NCBI GenBank assembly: GCA_965224025.1
Contig: OZ245033.1
Span: 1,568,001-1,632,000, forward strand
Reading direction: 5' to 3'
DNA from: Candidatus Multivorans sp.
Lineage (GTDB): Bacteria; Acidobacteriota; Thermoanaerobaculia; Multivoradales; Multivoraceae
DNA: 64,000 nt
Both the position numbers and the translations under genes were made by a program. Below the pieces are notes generated by a model. That model ran no database searches. It was not told where the DNA came from and saw only the letters and a program-made list of their open reading frames with translations. Positions 55,701 through 64,000 of this stretch are shown here, in pieces (within the stretch, counting starts at the first letter, position 1; each line of letters begins with the position of its first letter).

Positions 55701-56940
55701 GCGGTCCCGGATAGCGACCCAGCACCTCGTCGCACTCGGCGACCAACCAGGCGAAGCCGTTCGCGATCGCCCGCCGGCGATAGTTCAGGAGACACGCCCG
55801 GCTGGACGCGGCGTGCGGGTACTCGTCCAGCCAACAGTTCAGCAGGCCATACATCAGGGCGCTCAGAGCGGGCCGCTGCAAGGCACGGGCGTAGCCCGCC
55901 GCAAGGCTCTTGGCCCGCGCCGCCTCGGACACCCACCTGAGATCGTCGGACCGTCGGTGTTGGTTGAGTTCCGCGCCGCGGCAGGTCCGCATGAACAATT
56001 TGTTCGCACTGACGGTGTCCAGCCGGACGAGCGCCAGCAGAGACCACGCGAGCGCCTTGGAATCCGGGAAGACGAGGCGCTTGCGGGTGCCTGCCCGCTC
56101 CTTGGCAAGACAGTCCTCGATGTGTCGCTGCGCCGCCTCATCGTCGCCTCTGAGCATGGCGATCAACGCTTGCGTAGCGGCCAACCCGGTAACCGCGATC
56201 TTGCTCTGGCGACTGCTCGGCGGCAGCTCGTCGAACACCGCCGGCACCGCCTCGAAGCGGCCCTGCAGCACGCGGATGAAGGCGATGTCGGCGGCGTGGG
56301 CTTCCGGCGCCGGGCTCAATTCCTGACAGACCCGGATCGTCGGCGCCGGCGGAGCGCAGGTGTCGATGACATGGTTCAGGCAAGCGGTCAGCGCATGGTG
56401 GCGATGGGCGTCCGGCAGCATCCGCAGCAGGTCTTCCGCCAGTGGTTCCGCAAGGAACTTCCAACTCAGGAAAGGAGCTATCCCTGTGAGTTCTGCGAGC
56501 CCTTCGAGGTTGCCTCTTACGAGGTCGCAGCGCAGCCGCATGTGATCCCTGAACGACTCGTACGGCCCTAGCAGCGACTGAATCTCCAGGAAGAGCGGCG
56601 TCAGGCGGCCTTCCGCGTGGGCGATGCGCGCCAACGCCAGCGACCACTCCGGCACGGCTCGGACGCCGGCGTTGGACCACCGCTCCACAAGCCCCGCCTC
56701 GATCAGCTCCTCGTTGCAGCGGCGGATCCGGGCCGCGTCCAGACGACGGTTGCGCAGCAACACGCCCGCCTTCGACATCGCCCGCTGGATGCGTCCGATC
56801 CCAAGCGGACATGGCGCCGCGACCCCATAGGCCTGGGCGACGAGCTGCGCGGCGGGCGACAATGCCGCGTACGGTTCGGGCGTGGCGTACGACAGGGCGG
56901 GAGAATGCCGACCGGCGGGCTTCTCGTCAACACCCTCCAC
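52768..56940 (-). CDS. SNF2/SWI2-family helicase-like ATPase
   Basis: LADDMGLGKT, DEAQ, TGTPIQN, LVFSQF, ISLKAGGVGLNL, DPWWNP..DRAHRIGQ. Confidence 0.95.
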   Translation of the reverse strand: MEGVDEKPAGRHSPALSYATPEPYAALSPAAQLVAQAYGVAAPCPLGIGRIQRAMSKAGVLLRNRRLDAARIRRCNEELIEAGLVERWSNAGVRAVPEWSLALARIAHAEGRLTPLFLEIQSLLGPYESFRDHMRLRCDLVRGNLEGLAELTGIAPFLSWKFLAEPLAEDLLRMLPDAHRHHALTACLNHVIDTCAPPAPTIRVCQELSPAPEAHAADIAFIRVLQGRFEAVPAVFDELPPSSRQSKIAVTGLAATQALIAMLRGDDEAAQRHIEDCLAKERAGTRKRLVFPDSKALAWSLLALVRLDTVSANKLFMRTCRGAELNQHRRSDDLRWVSEAARAKSLAAGYARALQRPALSALMYGLLNCWLDEYPHAASSRACLLNYRRRAIANGFAWLVAECDEVLGRYPGPPDRAIPAAGHAELGAGTLLDVATPIQDWENALKSLEHLASDARRKASRDRKARPTGRRRLAWEIVDGDAWITLSVREQGERQNDSWTKGRRIAVKRLVTEAARMDFLLPQDREAIAAVSTDRYWGRRGEHYLGLASLFELAGHPHVFNVDGEPVDIVRREPELTIDEDAEGRAVVHMEPRDPDPGDNHLAVMTSERRCEVTRFAPEHRRLFEVIPEAGLVLPADAKPRLLAAVSALASSIRVQSDTVDGAANAARVPADAQPWVRLEPMDTGLTAALVVEPIPDSDIHFTPGAGGVNVFAHRDGMPVQARRDLDAERLAADRLIEQCPPLSSRPTELEPLVIPEPGHCLELLDRLASIGARCKRPRGEPFRIVAQASTASLSLSFKSAAEWMQASGKLPIDKGRILDLKRLFELLDEHPGSRFLELDKGEFLALTGALRRQLDDFASLSAPAAKGAVRLHPLATLALDELFDSAEVEADAGWRDLRKRIAAAESFEVRLPSTLRAELRPYQRDGYRWLARLAHWGAGACLADDMGLGKTVQTLAVLLERAPVGPALVVAPTSVVANWVDEAHRFAPTLNVTVYAGPASSRATLIEAPEPFDLFVTTYGVLQNDIELLAGVHWHSVALDEAQAIKNPVAKRTQAARRLSAGFRVVTTGTPIQNNLMDLHSLFGFLNPGLLGSLQRFRREFGLPIERDGNAVAQARLRRLIAPFMLRRLKADVLDDLPERTEITLHVGMSAEESVLYEALRQRAVEELETAREVDPDLGEGARRVQVLAHLTRLRLACCNPRLVLDSSNAPSSKLATFAETLEGLLENRHKVLVFSQFVKHLKLIEEYLKGAGVSYKYLDGSTPAKRRTERIAAFQAGEGDVFLISLKAGGVGLNLTAADYVIHMDPWWNPAVEDQASDRAHRIGQTRPVTIYRLVTEGTIEEQIMDLHQRKRDLADQLLEGASAAGRLSVDELLDLLRQPPGDLRPPL

Positions 56941-57697
56941 GCATCGGCCCCATCGCTTCGTTCAGCAAGCGCGCCAGTTCGGCGGGCGCCTCCAGTGGAA
57001 TGTTGTGCCCGACGCCGTCGACAATGTGAACTCTACACCTGGGCAGGAGCGGCGCCATCCGGAGCGCGAGCGCCTTGAACTTGGCGTCCAGGCCGCCGGC
57101 GATCAACTCGACCGGGCAAGCAACGGTCGAAAGAGCCGGGCCGTAGTTCGGCATCGCTGCCAGGCTGAGCGCCCTCATGGCCGCGGCCAGACCGGCCGGG
57201 TCGTGGCTCAGCCGGATTCTCCGCTGATCCTCCAGCGCTTCGGCTTCAAGCCGACTCTGGCTTCCGAATAGCGGCAGCGCCGACCACTCGCGGTCGAAAG
57301 CGGCCAGGCCCCGCTCGTCGATGCAGCGCGCCCACGATTCGTCCGCCCTCTCTCTGGCGGCAAGCGCTTCCTCATCGTCGAGCCCGGGATTGATCCCGAT
57401 CAGCGCGGCGCCCGCGATGAGTTCCGGGCGGCGCACCAGGAGGCCCAGCGTCAAGCGCCCACCCAGGGAGTACCCCGCCGCGAATCGAGGCGGGGGAACG
57501 GCGTTGGCGATTTCAGCCGCCAGCCGATCGACTTCGGCCTCGAACGCGCCTACGGGGTCGGCGTCAGCGACCGATGACCCTCCGCCGCCGTGACCGAAAA
57601 CCGCCGGCGCGTATGTGCGCGCATCAAGCAACGAAGCCACGCACCGCCAGCTCTCGGGACTGCCGGAGAACCCGTGGATCAGGACCGCGGTGATCAT
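56927..57697 (-). CDS. menH: SHCHC synthase (alpha/beta hydrolase)
   Basis: HGFSGS, GYSLGGR, D.KF, GHN. Confidence 0.88.
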   Translation of the reverse strand: MITAVLIHGFSGSPESWRCVASLLDARTYAPAVFGHGGGGSSVADADPVGAFEAEVDRLAAEIANAVPPPRFAAGYSLGGRLTLGLLVRRPELIAGAALIGINPGLDDEEALAARERADESWARCIDERGLAAFDREWSALPLFGSQSRLEAEALEDQRRIRLSHDPAGLAAAMRALSLAAMPNYGPALSTVACPVELIAGGLDAKFKALALRMAPLLPRCRVHIVDGVGHNIPLEAPAELARLLNEAMGPMRGGC

Positions 57698-59532
57698 TCG
57701 GGCAGCGACGCCGCACCCACGGCCCGTTCGGCCTTCGCCAGCGCTCCCGGCGCGACCGCCGCCACGATCAGGGAAACGCCACGCCGACCGAGGGCGTTCG
57801 CGATCTCCTGCTTGAGGGCCGGCACTTGGTCGAGCCGCGCGTACGGAAGGCCGAAGGCCCGGGCCAAACCGGCGAAGTCCACGCCGTGAGGAGTCAACCA
57901 GTGCCTCCCGTCGGGACCACCGAAGACCTCGGCGCCGGCAATCGGGAGCCGCTCGAAGATACGCCCGCCGGCGTTGTCGATCACCACGATCACCGCGGGT
58001 GGACCTTCCCCGTACTTGGAGGCCACCGTCAGACCGTCCAAGTCGTGGAGCAAGCTGACATCGCCAAGGAGCAAGACGCCGGCCGGAAAGCCACCGGTGG
58101 AGAGCGAGCCCAGAAACCCGGCCACCAAGCCGTCAATGCCGCTCAACCCGCGCTGACTGGCGACCCAGACGCGGCGCTCGACTCTCCCGACCCAGTCTTC
58201 CACCAGGCGCACGGGCAGGCTGTTGCCCAGCATCAACACACCGCCCGTCGGCGTCGCCGTTACCGCTGCCCGCGCCGCATCCCCATCGTGGAAACCGCCG
58301 TCTCCGGAGGCGGCGCCGAGAGTAGCGGCCGCCTTTCGAAACCGGCGACAGAGGGCCAGCACTTCGCGCCGCCATCCATCGCCGGCCGGATCGGGTGGCG
58401 GCGCCTCCAACCGGGAACAGAGGCCGGCAACGCTGGCCCCGACATCTCCTGTCAGAAACACCGATGCAAGTCCGGCCGGATCGGTCCATGGCCCGTCCGC
58501 GAGCACGACCTGCGGCGCACCGCTGGTTTCCAGGAGACGCTGCGCACCGGCCGACACCGGGGGTGCACCGACCTGCACGACGAGGTCCGGGGCCGGCAGG
58601 GCCTTCCCGTCACCGGCCGCCGCCCACGCCGCACCCAGGCAGTCGGCGAGATGCCCCGCTCCGCCAGAACTCGCGACATCCACGAATCGACTCTGGCTGG
58701 TGGCCTCCGCCAGCAGCGGGAAGCCGGTCCGGCGAGCCAGTTCAGCAAGGCCGAGCACATCGGCGGCAGCTTGGCGAGCCTCCGGGGGAGGCAGAGCCAG
58801 CGGACCAGCGACGATCAGTCCGCACTTCGCCTGCCGGCAAAGCTCCGCCGCGCGGTCCAGAGCGTCCGGGCCCGGCGCGGCGCTCGGCATGCCGATCTCG
58901 AGCGGTTCCCCGAGCAACTCATCCACCGCTGCCGCCAGCGGGTGGTTCTCCCCAACCTCCGGCCGCTCCAGGGGCTTTCTCGTGCGCACGTTCAGATGCA
59001 CTGCCCCGCCTCGCGGCCATCGCGAGCGGAACACCGCCTGCGCCGCTGTGCGGCGGAGGGCCCGCAAGCTCAGCGCGTCCGTGCGACCACCCAGGTCAAT
59101 CTCGGCGAAGAAGTTCACCGCCGGGCCGAAGAGCTTCGTCTGATCGGTGGTCTGCGGCGCCCCGCAGTCCATCAGCTCGACCGGCCGGTCGGCGCTCAGG
59201 ACGATCAGCGGCAGGCCGGCCTCCCGGGCCTCCAGGATCGCCGGCAGGTAGTGCGCCGGCGCGCTGCCCGAGGTGCAGACCAGGGCCGTCGGCATGCCGG
59301 TGGCCCGGGCCTGGCCGAGCGCGAAGAACGCGGCCGCTCGCTCGTCGATGATGCTCACGAGATCCAGTTCGGCAGGAATCCCCACGCCCGCCACATCGAG
59401 CGCCGCCAGCACCAGCGGGGTCGAGCGGGAACCCGGACTCGTGACCGCTCGCCGCACGCCAGCTTGAACCAGGGCGCCCACCAGGAGGCGCGCACGCTGG
59501 AACTGCTCCTCGCCCGCGCTCGCTAGCTCCAT
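57694..59532 (-). CDS. menD: SEPHCHC synthase
   Basis: SPGSRSTPL, DERAAAF, CTSGSA, SADRP, RGLSGIDG, GDVSLLHD, NAGGRIF. Confidence 0.95.
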   Translation of the reverse strand: MELASAGEEQFQRARLLVGALVQAGVRRAVTSPGSRSTPLVLAALDVAGVGIPAELDLVSIIDERAAAFFALGQARATGMPTALVCTSGSAPAHYLPAILEAREAGLPLIVLSADRPVELMDCGAPQTTDQTKLFGPAVNFFAEIDLGGRTDALSLRALRRTAAQAVFRSRWPRGGAVHLNVRTRKPLERPEVGENHPLAAAVDELLGEPLEIGMPSAAPGPDALDRAAELCRQAKCGLIVAGPLALPPPEARQAAADVLGLAELARRTGFPLLAEATSQSRFVDVASSGGAGHLADCLGAAWAAAGDGKALPAPDLVVQVGAPPVSAGAQRLLETSGAPQVVLADGPWTDPAGLASVFLTGDVGASVAGLCSRLEAPPPDPAGDGWRREVLALCRRFRKAAATLGAASGDGGFHDGDAARAAVTATPTGGVLMLGNSLPVRLVEDWVGRVERRVWVASQRGLSGIDGLVAGFLGSLSTGGFPAGVLLLGDVSLLHDLDGLTVASKYGEGPPAVIVVIDNAGGRIFERLPIAGAEVFGGPDGRHWLTPHGVDFAGLARAFGLPYARLDQVPALKQEIANALGRRGVSLIVAAVAPGALAKAERAVGAASLPE

Positions 59533-61130
59533 GCTCCAAGAATCGCGTCGAGCTTGAGGTTCGTCTCGGCCAGCTCGCGGTCGGGATCCGAGTCCGCGAC
59601 GATGCCGGCGCCCGAGTAGAGGAGTCCCTTTCGGCCCGTCGCGAGGCAGGAGCGGAGAGCCACCGAGAACTCGCCATCGCCACGGCCGTCGAACCACCCG
59701 ACCGGACCCGCGTACCAACCCCGGTCCCGGTCCTCCGAGCGGCGGATCGCCTTAAGCGCACCGGCGGTCGGACTACCCGCCACCGCGGGAGTCGGATGGA
59801 GCGCGCGGACCAGCCGCAGCACATGGGGCGGCTGGGCGGTCTCAGCGAGCGCGGCGTGAATCGGCGTCTCCAGGTGAAGGACGTTCCTCAGCACACGCAC
59901 GCCGGGAAGAGACCGCGCCGCCGCGGCGCCGCAGCTCCGGCCGAGCCGCTCGACAAGGTAGCGGACGACCAGATCGTGCTCCAGCCGGTCCTTTGCGCTC
60001 TCGAACAGGCGCTGCTCCAACTCCCGGCGCTTCTCCGCGGAGGGGTCGCTGGCGATCGATCCCGCCAGAGCCAGGGTCTCGATCCGCCTGCCGCGCCGGC
60101 GCACAAGAAGCTCCGGCGTGGCGCCGAAGAAGATCGATCCCCCGCGAAGGAAGGCGAAACACGTGCAGGTCGGCATGTGCCTCCGCAGGCGCTCCGCGAT
60201 GCGGGCCAGATCGACGATCCCGAACGGCCGCCCGAGACCGAGTTCCACCGTGCGAGCGGCGACCACTTTCTGCAGTCGCCCGTCACTGACTTCGCTACGG
60301 AGCTCCTCCACCCGGCGAAGCCACTCCTCGGTAGCGGGCTGATCGAAGCTCCGCAGAACCTCGGGCAGAGCCGGCGGGTCGGGGGCGGCCTCGGCCATGT
60401 CCGGGGCGGCGCCGTTCCCGTTGGCGCCGTCCGGCGGCCCATTCCCAGGATCGAGTTCATCGGCGAGACGCTGCAGCCGTTGCCGCCACGAGGGCGCGGC
60501 CAGGGCGCCGGCCCCGTCGAGGACGGCGTAGAGGTAGGCCGACTCCGCCTCCGCGACGTAGCCGACTTGAGGCAGAACGAAGCTGCCGGCGCCGAAGTCG
60601 TTCCAGTCGGAATGTACAGGGCCGCCCGCACGGCGCTGCCGGCGCTCCAGATCCTGGGGCTCCATGACGTCGGTCGCACCCGATCGCCCCTCGGCCGCTC
60701 CTGGATCGAAAGCAAGACCTCCGTAGAGCCGCAGAGCGAGCGGATCGACGCCCGACAGTTCACCCCACAGACCGGACGCCCCCTCCGCCAATCGATCGAT
60801 CGCGGCGCGTGCCGCGTGCCCGCCCGGACCGAAACGGGAGTCGGAAACCGAGGATGTGGAACCGTTGCCCCCGTTCGCGCCAGCGACATGCTCGGACGGC
60901 GCGCCCGACTCGATCTCGAAGCGCCGCGCCGCGCCCCAGCCGGCGCATCGCAGGCCGTCGGCCGGAGACCACAGATGTCCCACCGGCTCGCACTCGCGGA
61001 AGTCCCGCGCTGCCAGCCGCAGGAACTCCTCGGGCGCCACGCGCGGTGCATCGACGCGCAGCGCCCCTAGCGAGGCCCGGGGCGCTCGCGCCCGTGGAAC
61101 CAACCGCGGTCCGGCCGCGGGCGACGTCAT
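59523..61130 (-). CDS. menF: Isochorismate synthase
   Basis: KVVAAR, GATPELL, ALAGS, KDRLEH, LHPTPAVAG, RGWYAG, GAGIV. Confidence 0.92.
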   Translation of the reverse strand: MTSPAAGPRLVPRARAPRASLGALRVDAPRVAPEEFLRLAARDFRECEPVGHLWSPADGLRCAGWGAARRFEIESGAPSEHVAGANGGNGSTSSVSDSRFGPGGHAARAAIDRLAEGASGLWGELSGVDPLALRLYGGLAFDPGAAEGRSGATDVMEPQDLERRQRRAGGPVHSDWNDFGAGSFVLPQVGYVAEAESAYLYAVLDGAGALAAPSWRQRLQRLADELDPGNGPPDGANGNGAAPDMAEAAPDPPALPEVLRSFDQPATEEWLRRVEELRSEVSDGRLQKVVAARTVELGLGRPFGIVDLARIAERLRRHMPTCTCFAFLRGGSIFFGATPELLVRRRGRRIETLALAGSIASDPSAEKRRELEQRLFESAKDRLEHDLVVRYLVERLGRSCGAAAARSLPGVRVLRNVLHLETPIHAALAETAQPPHVLRLVRALHPTPAVAGSPTAGALKAIRRSEDRDRGWYAGPVGWFDGRGDGEFSVALRSCLATGRKGLLYSGAGIVADSDPDRELAETNLKLDAILGAWS

Positions 61131-61885
61131 GCGTCGGTCTCCGCCGACGGCGTCGGGTCAGCCGGCCGGGCAAGAAACAGGTTGCAGACGCCGAACGTCA
61201 GGCGCCGCGTCTCGATCGACTCCAGGCCCGCGGCAGCCATCGTACGGACAAACTCGGCGACCGGAGGGAAGGCGCGAATCGACCGCTCCAGGTAGCGATA
61301 CTCCTCGGCGCCCGCAAGGAGCGCACCGACGAACGGGACGACGACGTGGATGTAGACGCGAGCCAGTACACCCGTGAGGCCAGCCGAAGGTTCGCCGGCT
61401 TCGAGCACAAGCACGCGCCCTCCCGGCCGCGTGACGCGCGCCATCTCCAGCAAGGCGCGATCACGGTCCGGAATGTTGCGGATACCGAAGGCAATGGTCG
61501 CGGCCTCGAAGGACCGGTCGGGGAAGGGAAGCTCCTGAGCGTCGCCGGCGTCCAGTGTGACCCGATCCCCGAGTCCCGCCTGCTCGACCTTGCGGCGACC
61601 GATCTCGGTCATCCCGCGGGACGCGTCGATTCCGTGGACAGCGACGCCAGGGTACTGGCGGGCGATCGCGATCGCGAGATCTCCGGTACCGGAAGCAACA
61701 TCGAGTACCCGGACCGGCCCGTGAGCCGGAGCGTCCAGCGCCAACGCTTCCGCCGCGACGCGCCGCCAGCGCTGATCACCGCCCAGCGAGATGAGCCGGT
61801 TCACGAAGTCATAGCGTGCGGCGATGCGATCGAACATCGCGCCCGAGCCGCCGTGACTCCGCATTGCATCCGCGACCAAGGCCAT
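61127..61885 (-). CDS. menG: Demethylmenaquinone methyltransferase (UbiE/MenG)
   Basis: MFDRIAARYD..N, VLDVASGTGD, AFGIRN, YRYL..SI. Confidence 0.93.
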   Translation of the reverse strand: MALVADAMRSHGGSGAMFDRIAARYDFVNRLISLGGDQRWRRVAAEALALDAPAHGPVRVLDVASGTGDLAIAIARQYPGVAVHGIDASRGMTEIGRRKVEQAGLGDRVTLDAGDAQELPFPDRSFEAATIAFGIRNIPDRDRALLEMARVTRPGGRVLVLEAGEPSAGLTGVLARVYIHVVVPFVGALLAGAEEYRYLERSIRAFPPVAEFVRTMAAAGLESIETRRLTFGVCNLFLARPADPTPSAETDA

Positions 61886-61912
61886 CCAGAGATCTTCCGG
61901 GCGCCGGCGCGC

Positions 61913-63082
61913 CTACCGTTCTCGCAGCGCGCTGGCGCGCGCCACGGCCACAAGCGCCCGTCGGGCTTCCCCATCGGGGATTCCGGCCAACGCCGCCACT
62001 CCCTGATCGACGTAGGTCGCGGCAAGGCCCCGGCAGATTCTCTCGACGCCGTGGCGAGCCATTGCCTCCAGCACACGTCCCTGCCGACCGGAAACCTCTC
62101 TGCCGACACCGTCGCCGTTGCTCGGCCCGCCGTTCACAGGTCCGTCGCCGTTCGTCGGTCCATGTGCAAATCCGCCTTCACCAAGATCCGGGATGGACGC
62201 GTGATCCTCCGCGATGGCGCGAATCGTGTCCACCAGTTCCGGCTCACGGTCGAGTACCGTGATCAGGGGATAGGTGACCTTGCCCTCGGATAGATCGCTG
62301 AACAGGGTCTTGCCGGTGTTGCTGTGGTGACCCACCAGATCAAGCAGGTCGTCGATCAACTGGAAAGCCACTCCGACCGACTCGCCGTAGGCCTCGAGCG
62401 CGGCGCAGACCTCAGGCGGCGCGCCGCCTGTCGAGGCGCCGGCGCCCAGCGCCCAGCGGAACAGGGCCGCTGACTTTCCGCGGGCAACCTTGAAATAGAG
62501 CTCCTCCGACGTATCGAGGCGGCCGCGGTTCTCCAGTTGGAGCGACTCGGCACGAATCATCTCGGCAATCGTCGCGAGCAGACCCTCCATCACGCCCGGT
62601 ACAGCCGCCCGTTGTACACGCTGCAAGGCCTCGATCAGCAGATAGTCGCCGGCGAAGATCGACGCCGCGTTGCCGAGTTCAACCCGCGCCGTGGGCCGGC
62701 CGCGCCGGCGATTCGCGTTGTCGACCACGTCGTCGTGCAGCAGCGTCGCATTGTGGATCAGTTCCGCGGCCACCGCTATGTCGCGCACGGCCGACCCCGA
62801 GGTAAACCCGACCCGAGACGCCAGGACCACGCAGAGCGGCCGCAACCGCTTGCCGCCGAGGTGAACCAGGTCCGCTCCGGCCTCGCCCACGAGCATCTCG
62901 CGCGTGGACAGGGCGGCGAGTTCGTCTTCCACTGCCTCCATATCGTCACGCACGAAACCGACCAGATCCTCCATCGTGGAGGCAAGGCCGCTCAGGCCGC
63001 CGTCGATGCAGAGGTCGCGCAGCCGTACCAGCACCTCGTCGGCCACGACGCGGCCAGGCCGGTGATCGGGGAGCATGGTCAA
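61913..63082 (-). CDS. Polyprenyl diphosphate synthase
   Basis: GGKRLRP, LLHDDVVD..RRG, FQLIDDLLD, GK..SDL.EGK.T. Confidence 0.93.
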   Translation of the reverse strand: MTMLPDHRPGRVVADEVLVRLRDLCIDGGLSGLASTMEDLVGFVRDDMEAVEDELAALSTREMLVGEAGADLVHLGGKRLRPLCVVLASRVGFTSGSAVRDIAVAAELIHNATLLHDDVVDNANRRRGRPTARVELGNAASIFAGDYLLIEALQRVQRAAVPGVMEGLLATIAEMIRAESLQLENRGRLDTSEELYFKVARGKSAALFRWALGAGASTGGAPPEVCAALEAYGESVGVAFQLIDDLLDLVGHHSNTGKTLFSDLSEGKVTYPLITVLDREPELVDTIRAIAEDHASIPDLGEGGFAHGPTNGDGPVNGGPSNGDGVGREVSGRQGRVLEAMARHGVERICRGLAATYVDQGVAALAGIPDGEARRALVAVARASALRER

Positions 63083-63774
63083 CTCTCCTGTTCCTCAAAG
63101 CGCTGCTTGGGGGGCAGGTGCTCATCCCTGACCAGGGAGCGCTCTACGTCTTCCTCTACGTCGAGGTCTGTCACTCGCTCCGGCAGCGCGCCCTGGTCGC
63201 GCCGCGAAAGGGCGAGGTTCCCCAGTCTGGCGGCGACGGCCCCAGCTCCCAGCAGCGCCTTGAGCCCAAAGTCCGTCACCGTGCCGCCTTTCAGCAGAAA
63301 CTCCGCGATCGCATCCGCGCGCTCCATGACCGTGTCGATCGAGCGCAGACGTTGAAGGAAGACCTTTGTCTCGGGAGAGGAGTCGCCCTCCAGAGCGGGA
63401 ATCCAGTCGCGCATGTTCTCACGGATCGGATCCCATTCCCTTCGCTTGCGGATCTGGACGACGTTGCGGAGCACGCGTTCGAGGTCGGTCTCCGGGCGGT
63501 AGACGACGCGACGCGCCCCAGCCACGCGCTCGGGCGCAATCAACTTCCATTCGCGGAGTTCCCGGCAGGCCATCGATACCGCGCCGCGACTGAGTTCAAG
63601 GCCAGCCATGATCTCCTGAGCGTCGGCGGGTTCGGAGCGGGACATCAACCAGCCGAAGACCCGCGCGGTGGTCGGCGGTACGCCCCAAAAGGTGCCCAGC
63701 GCCCCCCAGAGTTGCACGAACTCTTCACGAACGCGTGCCACACCGTCGGCACTTTCGCTCTTCACGAGGGTCAC
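63079..63774 (-). CDS. GbsR/MarR-family transcriptional regulator
   Basis: FVQLWG..WG, wHTH LELSRGAVSM..REL..W, RKRREWDP. Confidence 0.85.
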   Translation of the reverse strand: MTLVKSESADGVARVREEFVQLWGALGTFWGVPPTTARVFGWLMSRSEPADAQEIMAGLELSRGAVSMACRELREWKLIAPERVAGARRVVYRPETDLERVLRNVVQIRKRREWDPIRENMRDWIPALEGDSSPETKVFLQRLRSIDTVMERADAIAEFLLKGGTVTDFGLKALLGAGAVAARLGNLALSRRDQGALPERVTDLDVEEDVERSLVRDEHLPPKQRFEEQES

Positions 63775-63797
63775 TCTAGATTGTCGTTCATCAGATT

Positions 63798-63813
63798 TTC
63801 AATCTTTCTTGAA
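63798..63813. promoter_or_regulatory. Putative operator of the GbsR-like regulator
   Basis: TTCAA-N6-TTGAA palindrome in an AT-rich patch just upstream of the regulator. Confidence 0.5.
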
Positions 63814-64000
63814 CGTTCTGTCGACTCTACCCTCAAACACATCGCGAGGCACCCGGCAACTGCCTCAACAAACCGCGTGTTCCGAACGTCCCATGCCGCC
63901 GGCAGTCAGCGCCTCCCGCGCAGTTCAACGTGCCGCAGCCGCACAGTGACCCGGCCCGCAGGCGGGAGCCTACCGCTAATCGTCACAGGCAGTTGAAGTT

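Overview
GC-rich bacterial window. Gene content suggests Acidobacteriota/Thermoanaerobaculia, possibly a sponge-type symbiont (Sel1 and Calx-beta proteins, a lineage-typical C-terminal domain); this is inference only. Bases 1-~11.3 kb are an accessory island bounded by a P4-type tyrosine integrase. It holds an IS1595-family (ISNwi1-type ends) transposon carrying passenger genes, among them a DNA methyltransferase-HNH fusion whose likely true start is put out of frame by a 4x octamer repeat. It also holds a Sel1 protein, decayed mobC/relaxase/oriT, HicB, IS21 and integrase remnants, and a highly structured non-coding element. An ~80-nt structured element sits at the island edge and recurs 26 kb away. 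The rest is core-like: DUF6644 pair, DUF885, an SGNH / heme-cupredoxin / PQQ-dehydrogenase operon, two VapC toxin-antitoxin pairs flanking a TonB receptor-TlpA-TPR operon, a GldA/F/G-like ABC system, peptidases, a PutP-like symporter, apaH, and a Calx-beta autotransporter. The window ends with a GbsR-led menaquinone operon that lacks menC, is interrupted by a SNF2 ATPase and ends in an ATP-grasp gene. No tRNA, rRNA or CRISPR array was seen. All family calls come from motif recognition by eye; no database search was run.
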